From an uncultured virus (IMG/VR IMGVR_UViG_3300030107_003727) (Duplodnaviria > Heunggongvirae > Uroviricota > Caudoviricetes), in the IMG/VR virus record IMGVR_UViG_3300030107_003727: 64,000 bases of DNA; one strand, written 5' to 3'. Shown in pieces: positions 17,121 through 25,580 of this stretch. The notes beneath the pieces were generated by a model that saw nothing but the letters and a program-made list of their open reading frames with translations, had not been told where the DNA came from and ran no database searches. The translations under genes and the position numbers were made by a program. Every line of letters starts with the position of its first letter. Positions within the stretch are counted from its first letter, which is position 1.

Positions 17121-17308
17121 AATCACCAGCACAAAAACTACACGAAACATTGAAGAGGCATTGCGCCGCATACGCAGTTGAGTTTGACATGACTGTGTAC
17201 GAAGTGCTTGGCGTTATGACTATTGCAACCTTGGAACTTTGGTACGAGCATGACCAGCCTGAAGGTCTTGCAGATTTAGATTTAGAGGACGACGACGACG
17301 ATGAGTAG
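17117..17308 (+). CDS. Small acidic hypothetical protein
   Basis: ATGA overlap with primase stop; homologue 61097-61273. Confidence 0.7.
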   Translation: MKSPAQKLHETLKRHCAAYAVEFDMTVYEVLGVMTIATLELWYEHDQPEGLADLDLEDDDDDE

Positions 17309-17738
17309 GCCCATGTATGAATCCGCAATGGATCTTGCGCGAGAACACGACATCATGCAGAAAGTGTCCGCAGCATGGGGTGTGCAGTATTACAAATTGC
17401 CAATCAGTTATCGGCTGGATTTCATTCTGATGAGCGCAGAAAAACCCAAAGCGTTTGTCGAATGCAAACACCGAAACTTTGCGTGGGGGGATTACCCCGA
17501 CGTAATGATTAGCATGTCTAAAGTCATGGTTGCTGAACAGATGTTGCAAATCACTGGCTTGCGCACGATGTTTGTAATCCGTGCCAAAGACCAAATCTTG
17601 TACACCCAACTAAATCTCTGCGCCAGCAACGTAGACTGGCTAAGGTTCGGCGGAAGAACTGCGAACACTAGGGATGACGGGGATGTAGAGCCTGTGTACC
17701 ACATCCCTGCGCAACAATTCTCGATGCTAGGCAGTTGA
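17301..17738 (+). CDS. PD-(D/E)XK-like nuclease
   Basis: LDF..AFVECKHR motif; homologue 61266-61700. Confidence 0.65.
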   Translation: MSRPMYESAMDLAREHDIMQKVSAAWGVQYYKLPISYRLDFILMSAEKPKAFVECKHRNFAWGDYPDVMISMSKVMVAEQMLQITGLRTMFVIRAKDQILYTQLNLCASNVDWLRFGGRTANTRDDGDVEPVYHIPAQQFSMLGS

Positions 17739-17740
17739 TA

Positions 17741-18121
17741 GTGGGCAAGATGCAACGGGACAAAGGAAAAAGGGGTGAGCGCGAAGTCGTGCAGATTATG
17801 AAATCGCTCGGCTGGAAAGATGCGCGCAGGTCGCGCCAGTCTGATGGTGCAGTTGATCCCGACGTTGCTGGATGCGATCCACTTTGGATTGAGGTGAAGA
17901 GGCGCAAAGCCATCGCTGCGCTGCGCTTCATGGATCAAGCGATTGACGATGCAGAAACAAAAAAAACCCCCGTCACCTTCATGCGTGAAGATAACGGGGG
18001 TTGGTATGTAATGTTGCGCGCAGACGATCTGCTTAGGTTGGCCCATATTGTCGTTGGACAATCTTCCGAATGCTTGAAGCATCCCACTTCGTCCCACGAG
18101 GACGATAGCCTCCATCCGTAA
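17741..18121 (+). CDS. Holliday junction resolvase (Hjc-like)
   Basis: KGKRGERE..PDV..WIEVKRR; homologue 61713-62093. Confidence 0.8.
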   Translation: MGKMQRDKGKRGEREVVQIMKSLGWKDARRSRQSDGAVDPDVAGCDPLWIEVKRRKAIAALRFMDQAIDDAETKKTPVTFMREDNGGWYVMLRADDLLRLAHIVVGQSSECLKHPTSSHEDDSLHP

Positions 18122-18719
18122 GTTTCTGCGCAATCGTGCGCCAGCCGAAGCCGACTTTGCGTAGGTCGTGCATTGTCTTGAGAATTGTTTGCTCCTCAGA
18201 ATTTTCAACGAGTCGAGTGCTGTCCTCGGGCGATACGTCGTACCCGAACGGGGCATACCTGCTCATGCGTCGGCCCTCTTTCTGGTGACGTTTCATTGCC
18301 ACCGAAGTGCGAACCTGAATGAGCCTGCGCTCATACTCCGCCGCTGCTGCGAGAACCTGACGGATCAGCACACCCTCTGCGGAGTCATCAACTGGCCCAT
18401 CACGCACCGCTTGGATGGTGAATCCATGCTTGGCAGCATGACGGTGCAACGCCTCATTTAAATACAAGTCACGCGCAAGACGGTCCATTTTCCAGACCAG
18501 AAGAACGCCGCCCCTTGGCACGGCATCCATTGCAGCCCACAAGCCATCGCGCTCAGGATCGGAACCGCTTGCGTTCTTATCACTGAAAACATTACAAATG
18601 GCCCAACCGTTGCTTTTGCAAAATTCGATCATCTCGCCTTCTTGCATTTTGATTGACTCGCTTTCCCCACCCGGTCGTGGGGAGAAGCGAGAGTAAAGAA
18701 CGCATCGAGGAACCGTCAT
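18033..18719 (-). CDS. Serine recombinase (resolvase domain + short recombinase domain)
   Basis: YSRFS, SGS..R.GL, KMDRLAR, APFGY, IAQKL..KW. Confidence 0.9.
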   Translation of the reverse strand: MTVPRCVLYSRFSPRPGGESESIKMQEGEMIEFCKSNGWAICNVFSDKNASGSDPERDGLWAAMDAVPRGGVLLVWKMDRLARDLYLNEALHRHAAKHGFTIQAVRDGPVDDSAEGVLIRQVLAAAAEYERRLIQVRTSVAMKRHQKEGRRMSRYAPFGYDVSPEDSTRLVENSEEQTILKTMHDLRKVGFGWRTIAQKLTDGGYRPRGTKWDASSIRKIVQRQYGPT

Positions 18720-19423
18720 GCTACGACCTCTTGCGGCGCAAGAATGACCGGCAGAACATTTGCAGCAAGATCATGCAGAACAATATCGAACGACCCCATG
18801 TGTGCGACCGGGTTGGGGTTGACGAGAATTGTTTGCGTATCACTGGAAAGCAAACTTTGGTGAAGCAAGGATGCCGCTGGCATAACCTCACCACTTGCGC
18901 CAACGGAGATAACTACGTCGGCCTCCTCGATTGCTTCTGCCGATGCGGCAAACGTGTCGATGGGCAGTCCTTCGCCGTACCAAACCACGTCGGGTCTGGC
19001 AATGCCAAGTTCTTCGTCCATGCGGTCTTTGAGCATGCTGCCGTGTAAATGCAGCACGTTCGTGCCACCTGCGCGCTCTGCAAGATCATCCACGTTCTGC
19101 GTGACGTGAGTCACACGGTCGTTGGATGCGATTGCATAGTGGCCCTTGTTCGGTTCAAAACCTTGCAAGGCTTTGCGCCACTCTTTGTACTGGTTGATAA
19201 CTTTGGCTGGTTCTCGCTTGAAGCCCTCACGACTTGCAAATGTCTCTGCGTCGAATTGTTTCCAGAAACCATCTTGGTCATCACGGTATGTTGGGATGCC
19301 CGACTCTGCGCTAAGGCCAGAGCCGGAGAAAACTACAATTTTGTTTGCGTCTTGGCATATCTCCCGCGCAGTTTGCACGGGATCAATGCCACGAACGTCA
19401 GTGTGGACGTATGGAATTTCCAT
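18716..19423 (-). CDS. Sirtuin (Sir2/CobB-like NAD-dependent deacylase)
   Basis: GSGLSAESGIPTYR, TQNVD, HLHG, RPDVVWYGE, GASGEV.PAA, VNP. Confidence 0.92.
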   Translation of the reverse strand: MEIPYVHTDVRGIDPVQTAREICQDANKIVVFSGSGLSAESGIPTYRDDQDGFWKQFDAETFASREGFKREPAKVINQYKEWRKALQGFEPNKGHYAIASNDRVTHVTQNVDDLAERAGGTNVLHLHGSMLKDRMDEELGIARPDVVWYGEGLPIDTFAASAEAIEEADVVISVGASGEVMPAASLLHQSLLSSDTQTILVNPNPVAHMGSFDIVLHDLAANVLPVILAPQEVVA

Positions 19424-19827
19424 TAGTCAACCTCCTTTGAAACGAATGTGAATGTGAGTTCAGGTGACGGGCGCAAAGTCGGTGGAAGTTGATCCACAAA
19501 CTCGTCCCGCACATCGGTGTGGTATCCCTCCTCATCGACTGGGCCGAAGATCAGGATATTCCCGCAGAGCATTTGTTGATAGCCCATGAGAGGACAAAGA
19601 ACAATGCTCCAGATATTGATGGGGTTATTTTCTTTGAGCAAACCCTCATCATCTAAGTAGAGTTCGTGGTTATGCTCACCCATCTTGCTGTCGGGATCAG
19701 GGGGCAAAGACTGAAAGACGTTGCACCCCAAGAAGTCATAAATATCTTGGATGTTGTCCTTGCGCACGTCAACGATACGGCGTGTACCGTTGACGTGGCA
19801 GAGGACGGCTTTGTGGGTGTCACTCAT
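19423..19827 (-). CDS. DUF3846-like protein
   Basis: LYLDDEGLLK..N..LCGNIL pattern; homologue 63333-63746. Confidence 0.65.
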   Translation of the reverse strand: MSDTHKAVLCHVNGTRRIVDVRKDNIQDIYDFLGCNVFQSLPPDPDSKMGEHNHELYLDDEGLLKENNPINIWSIVLCPLMGYQQMLCGNILIFGPVDEEGYHTDVRDEFVDQLPPTLRPSPELTFTFVSKEVD

Positions 19828-20242
19828 TAGGAGTCACCCCCAACTGTTCGAGAACGCTGGCGAGCATATTCTCGATTTTCGTAAGGCGCTCATTGATACT
19901 TTCCACGGCCTCACGGGTTGCGTTTGAATTCCTAGCCCAAGTTGCAACGCCCTTCTTACGCCCTTCGGTAAGAACGTCGAGTTGCTTCTGCGTCTTGGAT
20001 GGAAAAACATCTTTCCATTCAGGAATAATCTTGTTCATCGCATTCTTGACGGTTGAATCGGAGAAACCTTCCTCCTTCAGAACTCTCACGTCAAGTGTGA
20101 TTTGCGCAAGGGCAAGGTCCACCGTGTCGAATTTTCTTACTTGATCCAAGATCGACTCACGGTGGACAGTTAGATATGCTTCGAGCATATCACGCTCAGG
20201 GTGTGTCGCGCGATTGCGCGTGATTGGTTCACTCATCACCAA
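19820..20242 (-). CDS. Hypothetical protein
   Basis: Tightly packed in operon with overlapping start/stop. Confidence 0.65.
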   Translation of the reverse strand: MVMSEPITRNRATHPERDMLEAYLTVHRESILDQVRKFDTVDLALAQITLDVRVLKEEGFSDSTVKNAMNKIIPEWKDVFPSKTQKQLDVLTEGRKKGVATWARNSNATREAVESINERLTKIENMLASVLEQLGVTPNE

Positions 20243-20792
20243 CCTCCTCGTTCCATTGTTGCTCTAAGTCCTTGGCGCATCGTGCGGCAAGGTCGGATAT
20301 TTCGCTGCGCTTTTCCGCTTGCGCAACCATCTGTTTGCGGTGTTCGTCCTTGTCTTGTTTGACAAGGGCCACCCCCGCTTTCTCAATCAAGTCGGCACGC
20401 TCATCAATGTTTGCCGACAATGTGGTGAATGTCCGCGCCTGCGCAATCAGCATGTTTGCGATTGGTTCAGGAGCGCCGGTGGCAATGTTCCGCAAGATCG
20501 AGCCGAACGCCTCGTTCAGTTGTGCCTCACGTCGGAACGCTTTCTCCTGCGATTGCAGGAACATGCCGAGCATTTGAGCAACCATCAGGGGTGCGTCTTC
20601 TTCAATCTTGCAGCCGAGCGTGGCAATGCACGCCTCTGTCACTGACCCATCGGTGTCGTTCTCTTCGAGTTCTTTGGGGTTGGGAAGTAGCCCGAAGAGT
20701 GCGGCTGCTCCCATGCAGTCGGTCCACGATCCGGCTGCTGCGTAGTCTTCCATGTCGCGGAATGCTTGTTCGAGTTTCGATTCTGTACTCAT
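20229..20792 (-). CDS. Hypothetical helical protein
   Basis: AGGAGGT RBS upstream; operon packing. Confidence 0.7.
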   Translation of the reverse strand: MSTESKLEQAFRDMEDYAAAGSWTDCMGAAALFGLLPNPKELEENDTDGSVTEACIATLGCKIEEDAPLMVAQMLGMFLQSQEKAFRREAQLNEAFGSILRNIATGAPEPIANMLIAQARTFTTLSANIDERADLIEKAGVALVKQDKDEHRKQMVAQAEKRSEISDLAARCAKDLEQQWNEEVGDE

Positions 20793-20825
20793 AATTTGCC
20801 CACCTCCTACGGGGCTATGTTCAAC

Positions 20826-20854
20826 ATCTTACCAAGTGTGGTTTAACCCTCCAA
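20826..20854 (-). promoter_or_regulatory. Sigma70-like promoter
   Basis: TTGGAG-N17-TAAGAT with TGn extended -10 and A-tract upstream. Confidence 0.45.
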
Positions 20855-20858
20855 GGGT

Positions 20859-21050
20859 TTATTTTGATTTTTTTAGATTTTTTTGCAAAACGTCCGCATG
20901 CTTTATGCATGCATCTCGCACCAATACCTTGGGCCAAGTGTCCACGGTATAAGTGCTGGTGTGATCCTCAATTTCTTGTGTGAGAATTTCAGCGCGGTCG
21001 CGCAACGCATGAATTGCGTATTGGATTGATTCTTTGAGTTCAGTCTGCAT
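20859..21050 (-). CDS. Small hypothetical protein (MQTELKES...)
   Basis: GAGGA RBS; overlaps upstream gene stop. Confidence 0.55.
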   Translation of the reverse strand: MQTELKESIQYAIHALRDRAEILTQEIEDHTSTYTVDTWPKVLVRDACIKHADVLQKNLKKSK

Positions 21051-21519
21051 CGGTTGTGTCCTCTTGTTGTTGATAGTGTTTGATGAGATCAGAGTTGTGC
21101 TTGCGGTCGTAGTCCATGATGTATGAGTTCCACGGACCAGTAGTGCCAGACTCGGTTGCTTCGCGCAACGCAGCGTCGTAGCAATACGCAGCGAGTAGCC
21201 GCACCTTGCCGCATTGGTAATACCAGTCGCGCGTGCAAGTGGTATCAGTGGTGGGGTCGTACACCATTTGCTGGCCTGTTGAGTACGACGTGTACTCAAT
21301 CCATGCGTGCGTATACTTGCGCCCCTCAACGATGCCGCCAGTGCCAGTGACTAGGCCGTGGCAGAGCAAGATTGATTTGTGATCCGCGTCTTCGGGGAAG
21401 TTGCGGTACAAGATAAGTTGCGCGCAATCATCGAAGCATGAACCCATCGTTGGCTTTGTTTCGTTGCAATCGTCAACGTCGTGACGAACACGTTCGTGTT
21501 CAGAGTCGTAGTATTCCAT
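21040..21519 (-). CDS. Transglutaminase/papain-like fold protein
   Basis: GSCF..LCHG..HAWIE..VYDP (Cys-His-Asp order); AGGAG RBS. Confidence 0.55.
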   Translation of the reverse strand: MEYYDSEHERVRHDVDDCNETKPTMGSCFDDCAQLILYRNFPEDADHKSILLCHGLVTGTGGIVEGRKYTHAWIEYTSYSTGQQMVYDPTTDTTCTRDWYYQCGKVRLLAAYCYDAALREATESGTTGPWNSYIMDYDRKHNSDLIKHYQQQEDTTDAD

Positions 21520-21559
21520 AGTGTGAATCTCCTATTGGGTTGGGGTTGCGCGGCCCAAG

Positions 21560-22540
21560 TCACGCTGACTTGAGCCGCTCTTTGATATTCTCAACGATCA
21601 TGTTGTGATCGTTGCGCGACGAGTCGCAGGACAGGTAGATATCGAAGCGGTTGCCGAAGCATTGCTTCGCATGGCTTGCGGTAGTTGCTGCGCAACCAAG
21701 GCCAGAGTGTGGCTTCATGGATGCGTTCTTGCTGGAAGTGCCATCACTCAGTTTGCGCCGTTCGTCATAGTCGGTCCACTCTTGGAACATCCAAGTGCGG
21801 AACAGCGCAACGTGCGACAGGGAGAGCAAAGACTCAACGTCAAGCGGCCTATCGGGAGTCTTGACAATGATCTCTTCCGATACATAGGCTGGGTGTTGGC
21901 CCTTGAATTTGCCACGGAACGGCGCGCCGGTGGTCATAAAAGTACCGGACATCTGCACCGCGTACCCTGCGTCAGTCAACACTTGCGCGTACGCAGTTGC
22001 TTGCCCCCACAGTTCAGCCCAGCGCTCAGTGTGAACGCCAGCGTTTGCGCCAATGTTGACACCGATGCGGATTACAGGGTGTACTGCTTTCTTCTGCTTG
22101 CGCCGCCAGTGAACGTCACTGCCCGCCGCAAACTTGGCAACGGCGAGCGAGCCACCGCCAGCCATAAGGTTTGCGCGACGCTTGCCGGTGAACGACTTGG
22201 CCTTGCGCCCCGAAAAGCCTTTGAGTTCGACCGTGACTTCTTCAAGTCTGCTCTCGAATACTTCACGCGCGTCCCCTGATGATAGTGAACCGTTGAGCAA
22301 GTCATCGGTTGCATCGCGCAGGGAAATGCCGCCGGTGTAGAAGCGATCAGCCCTGTTGACTACGGACCCGCCTTCTACAAGTTCGTGCTTGTGGAATGAT
22401 GAGGACCGATTGCGTTCTTCTCGATGTCGGATCACGGTGTTTGCGCGATCCATCGAGCCTTGAAGAAGAGACTCGATGCCATCGTATCGAGCGTGAAGTG
22501 TGGTGTGAGATCCGAATTTTTGTAGATCATGTCTGTGCAT
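21560..22540 (-). CDS. VWA-like/CobT-like partner of AAA ATPase
   Basis: Directly downstream of MoxR-type ATPase; degenerate MIDAS-like IGVNIGANAG; GGAGG RBS. Confidence 0.55.
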   Translation of the reverse strand: MHRHDLQKFGSHTTLHARYDGIESLLQGSMDRANTVIRHREERNRSSSFHKHELVEGGSVVNRADRFYTGGISLRDATDDLLNGSLSSGDAREVFESRLEEVTVELKGFSGRKAKSFTGKRRANLMAGGGSLAVAKFAAGSDVHWRRKQKKAVHPVIRIGVNIGANAGVHTERWAELWGQATAYAQVLTDAGYAVQMSGTFMTTGAPFRGKFKGQHPAYVSEEIIVKTPDRPLDVESLLSLSHVALFRTWMFQEWTDYDERRKLSDGTSSKNASMKPHSGLGCAATTASHAKQCFGNRFDIYLSCDSSRNDHNMIVENIKERLKSA

Positions 22541-22578
22541 GGTGAAAACCTCCGTGGTTTGAAAAGAAGAATCGAAAA

Positions 22579-22606
22579 CGCTGCGCCCCCGTTAAGGGGC
22601 GGAGCG
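22579..22606 (-). terminator. Intrinsic terminator-like hairpin between AAA and VWA genes
   Basis: CGCT-CGCCCC/GGGGCG-AGCG stem followed by TTTTCGATTCTTCTTTT. Confidence 0.6.
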
Positions 22607-22630
22607 CTAGGAGTTGTGGCGATGTGCGAA

Positions 22631-24061
22631 TCACCACTGACCAAGCATGGACACGGCCTTGTCAAGTTCGCGCGAAGGCAAGTGCTTCCACGCCTTGCGC
22701 ACCTCAGTGCTTGACCACAGGCGACAGATCCGGCCAACAGTCTCACCGACCGACAGCCCGTTGCTGCGCCATGTTGTCCAGCCTTGCATGGTGCGAGTTT
22801 GGATCGTGCGTGATCCGTCGATGCATTCATCACGCAAGTTCTTGCGCGCTTCTGCAAGGATCGGATGCTCGTGGGCATACTTGCCGAGAATGTTGGACTC
22901 TACTTCGGGGTCGTAGTCGAAGTGAACCATGACACCAAGTTGCTCCCACCGCGCAACAAAGTCGGCGGATTGTTTCTCGGTGGCGTACTCACCGTCTGCG
23001 CCACCCGGACCATCCATTGCCGAGTTGCCCGTGGCGATGAATACGAAGTCATCATGCTTGAGCAAGTCTTCGTTGCCAACCCGAATGCGCGGGTTAAAGT
23101 TGACGTGCTGGTTGCACGATGATGTCGCGGTGGTGTCGGCCTTGTCCATCTCGTCACCGCAGTAGACCGCAGCGCTTGCGTACGCTTTGGTCAATGGCCC
23201 GGGTTGGAATTTGCCATTGGCATCGGTGAACCCGTGGATGCGTTCGGGGAACATTGAGCCGTCGTAACCTTGCAGCACAAACTCGCGCCCCAAGATTTGC
23301 GCAATCTGCTCGGCTGCGTACGACTTGCCAGTGCCGGACGGGCCAGCCATGTACAGCCGACCGTGGGCAAGGACGCAAGCCAAGCATTCGACCAGTTGGC
23401 GGTGTGGGTTGCTGATCACGCCGCGCCGTACTGCGTCACGGATCATGCGCTCGGCGCGCTCGAACACGTTGAGATCACCGTCGGGGATCGGTGGTGGCGC
23501 GGGCAATTCTGCGCCATCATCCGACTCGGACTCGGACTCGGTGTCGGCTTCGTCTTCGGGCATCGGCGGTGGTTGGGGGAGATCGTCGGACTCGGACTCG
23601 GACTCGCCGTCACCCTCACCCTCACCGTCTGCGCCATCCGACTCGCCGTCGCTGGACTCGCCATCGGAAGCGCCATCGAATTCGGGGGCATCGCCCGCTT
23701 CGCCCGCATCCCGACAGTCAAACTCTGCGCCGCCGTTGGCCTCAACCTCACCAACCGTGAATTCGTCGGCAATGGCTTGCTGCGCGTCACGGGGCAGCGC
23801 CAAGAATGCGTCAACCGCCGCGCCGGTGCTGCGAATTGGCTTGGGCATATCGGGCGATCCATCGCGCCGCGAACGCGCAAACAGCGCCAACACGGCCTCG
23901 CCGCCGTGGGCATGAAGTACGGGCCAACCGCCCTTGGGGTCCAACAGCCATTCGGCTTCGCGCAGTCGCAGGTTGGGCCACAACGCGGTCTTGGAACCAT
24001 GATTTTGGCAGGCTTGCTTGACGCGCCGCCGTTGCGTCATTATCAGTGAATTTGCTGGCAT
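22631..24061 (-). CDS. MoxR/CobS-like AAA+ ATPase with acidic linker
   Basis: GPSGTGKS Walker A, GDEMD Walker B, ATGN sensor; AGGAG RBS before MPANS. Confidence 0.85.
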   Translation of the reverse strand: MPANSLIMTQRRRVKQACQNHGSKTALWPNLRLREAEWLLDPKGGWPVLHAHGGEAVLALFARSRRDGSPDMPKPIRSTGAAVDAFLALPRDAQQAIADEFTVGEVEANGGAEFDCRDAGEAGDAPEFDGASDGESSDGESDGADGEGEGDGESESESDDLPQPPPMPEDEADTESESESDDGAELPAPPPIPDGDLNVFERAERMIRDAVRRGVISNPHRQLVECLACVLAHGRLYMAGPSGTGKSYAAEQIAQILGREFVLQGYDGSMFPERIHGFTDANGKFQPGPLTKAYASAAVYCGDEMDKADTTATSSCNQHVNFNPRIRVGNEDLLKHDDFVFIATGNSAMDGPGGADGEYATEKQSADFVARWEQLGVMVHFDYDPEVESNILGKYAHEHPILAEARKNLRDECIDGSRTIQTRTMQGWTTWRSNGLSVGETVGRICRLWSSTEVRKAWKHLPSRELDKAVSMLGQW

Positions 24062-24075
24062 AGTAAAACTCCTAG

Positions 24076-24132
24076 TGGGAAGACTCATCAGCGCAGGCAT
24101 TCCCAAGCCTGCGGACACCGAAGTGTTTCGTC
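24076..24132 (-). ncRNA. Type II hammerhead ribozyme
   Basis: GAC-GAAA-CAC[UUCG]GUG-UC^CGCAGGC[UUGGGAAU]GCCUGCG-CUGAUGA-GUC-UUCCCA: full core, three stems and loop I/3'-tail pseudoknot. Confidence 0.93.
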
Positions 24133-24168
24133 ATTGTCCCGTTGTACCGCTTGACGCTGGGGACTCAT

Positions 24169-24483
24169 TCACCGCTTGCAATGTCGAGTACGGTGAGGAT
24201 GGTGGACGCTGGCATAAGTCTCAAACTGCGCCCACCGATAGTGGTCGAACACTTGAAGCAACGAAATAACGGAATCGCTGGGTAATCCGAAACGCTTGCA
24301 CGCGACGGCTTTTCCTGTCGTTCGACGCAATTTTGTGTAGCGCCGATATACCCTTAGACCCCGCAGTACATGCTTGAGAATGGCTGATGCCTTGGGTGAG
24401 TGGCTGATGCCGAAGCGCGTTTGCGCTGTACGCTCAAAATCCATACTTCTCGCTGCATGCCTCTCTTGACCGGCTGATGCCAT
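24169..24483 (-). CDS. Possible small basic early protein
   Basis: ORF on the operon strand upstream of the ribozyme; no motif recognised. Confidence 0.3.
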   Translation of the reverse strand: MASAGQERHAARSMDFERTAQTRFGISHSPKASAILKHVLRGLRVYRRYTKLRRTTGKAVACKRFGLPSDSVISLLQVFDHYRWAQFETYASVHHPHRTRHCKR

Positions 24484-25155
24484 TGTGTGCGTTGCACTGA
24501 ACATCAAGAGACTGCGTTGCGTTGTCATCCCATCGCTGGGACGGACAAAGCCTACCACAACTTTTGCACCCTTGACCTACACCGCTCGATTTTATTTGCG
24601 TGGCGTTGCGTGATTTGCACGAAAACCCCTATTTTTGTAGGCGTTTGGGCCACGCAAACTTTTTTTATTTTCTTGCGCGATCAGTCCATGTGCAAGGTTA
24701 TCGGGCATGGGATTGCCCCCACTTGCCCCACTTGCATTGTGCAATCGTCGTTTGCGTGGGGCATGCCGATGGGCCTTTACCTTGCCATGTTCCGACAGTG
24801 TAAATGTGCCCCGGATGGGTGGCGCAAGTCTTGGTCTTGGTCTTGGGGTTGCGCTGCGGTTGCGATTGAAACCCCGTTTGGGTTAGCACTTCCTTACACC
24901 AACTCCTGCGCGGGCGCGCGCGATCATCCAATGTGGGCCATGCGAACGCTTGCACCACGCTGGATGCATTCATGTATGGGCCATTGCGCTACGTTGCGTT
25001 GGGGTTTGGCTGGAGTTTGAATTGGAATTGCGCGGTTTGCGTCGATTGCGCGAAAACTGGAACCACGCCCCCACCCCATTTCACATATATATATCTCAAG
25101 CCAATACACGGGGTATTTTGGGGTGTTAATTTAGGCAAGTCCCGATGATGGGGTT

Positions 25156-25575
25156 ATGGATTGCCCTGTATGTAGGAAACGGATAGAGCAGGGCTTTGCT
25201 AGTTGTGAGCAGCAAAAAGAGCAATTACAGGCCAAGAATCAGCGTTTGGTTCTGGCTTTGGTGGTTTTGGCGACTTTGGCTGGCAGAGAGGCTGTCGATT
25301 ATGCGTTCGGGCTGTCAGAAGCAGTTGAGCAAGTCATCTCGCAAAAAGAAACTGAGCAAAGAAGCCCAGCAGGCTTTGCTTCGAGCGTACGGCCTTCAGC
25401 CCAAGGAAAAGAAATCCTGTTGGTCGGCGGGCGTGATGTACCCCTATTCCCTCATTTACCGCCACTTACGCCATCGTTGGTGCAACATGACCCAGTGGAT
25501 GAAATCGTTGTTCCTGACCCTGCTGCGATGATGCTATTTGGGTTGCTGCTTACCCCGTCCAGAAAAAGGAAGTAG
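25156..25575 (+). CDS. Membrane protein with PEP-CTERM-like C-terminus
   Basis: Ends VPDP-AAMMLFGLLL-TPSRKRK; N-terminal CxxC and hydrophobic segment. Confidence 0.6.
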   Translation: MDCPVCRKRIEQGFASCEQQKEQLQAKNQRLVLALVVLATLAGREAVDYAFGLSEAVEQVISQKETEQRSPAGFASSVRPSAQGKEILLVGGRDVPLFPHLPPLTPSLVQHDPVDEIVVPDPAAMMLFGLLLTPSRKRK

Positions 25576-25580
25576 TTCTA

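Noticed and set aside
23518..23660. GACTCG repeats as a CRISPR or regulatory array
   Set aside because: They encode the ESESES acidic linker of the ATPase; no repeat-spacer structure
24126..24173. Possible second hammerhead (GTGAATGAGTCCC...GGGACAATGACGAAA, minus strand)
   Set aside because: Core is not CUGANGA and the GAAA belongs to the real ribozyme; only a simple hairpin remains
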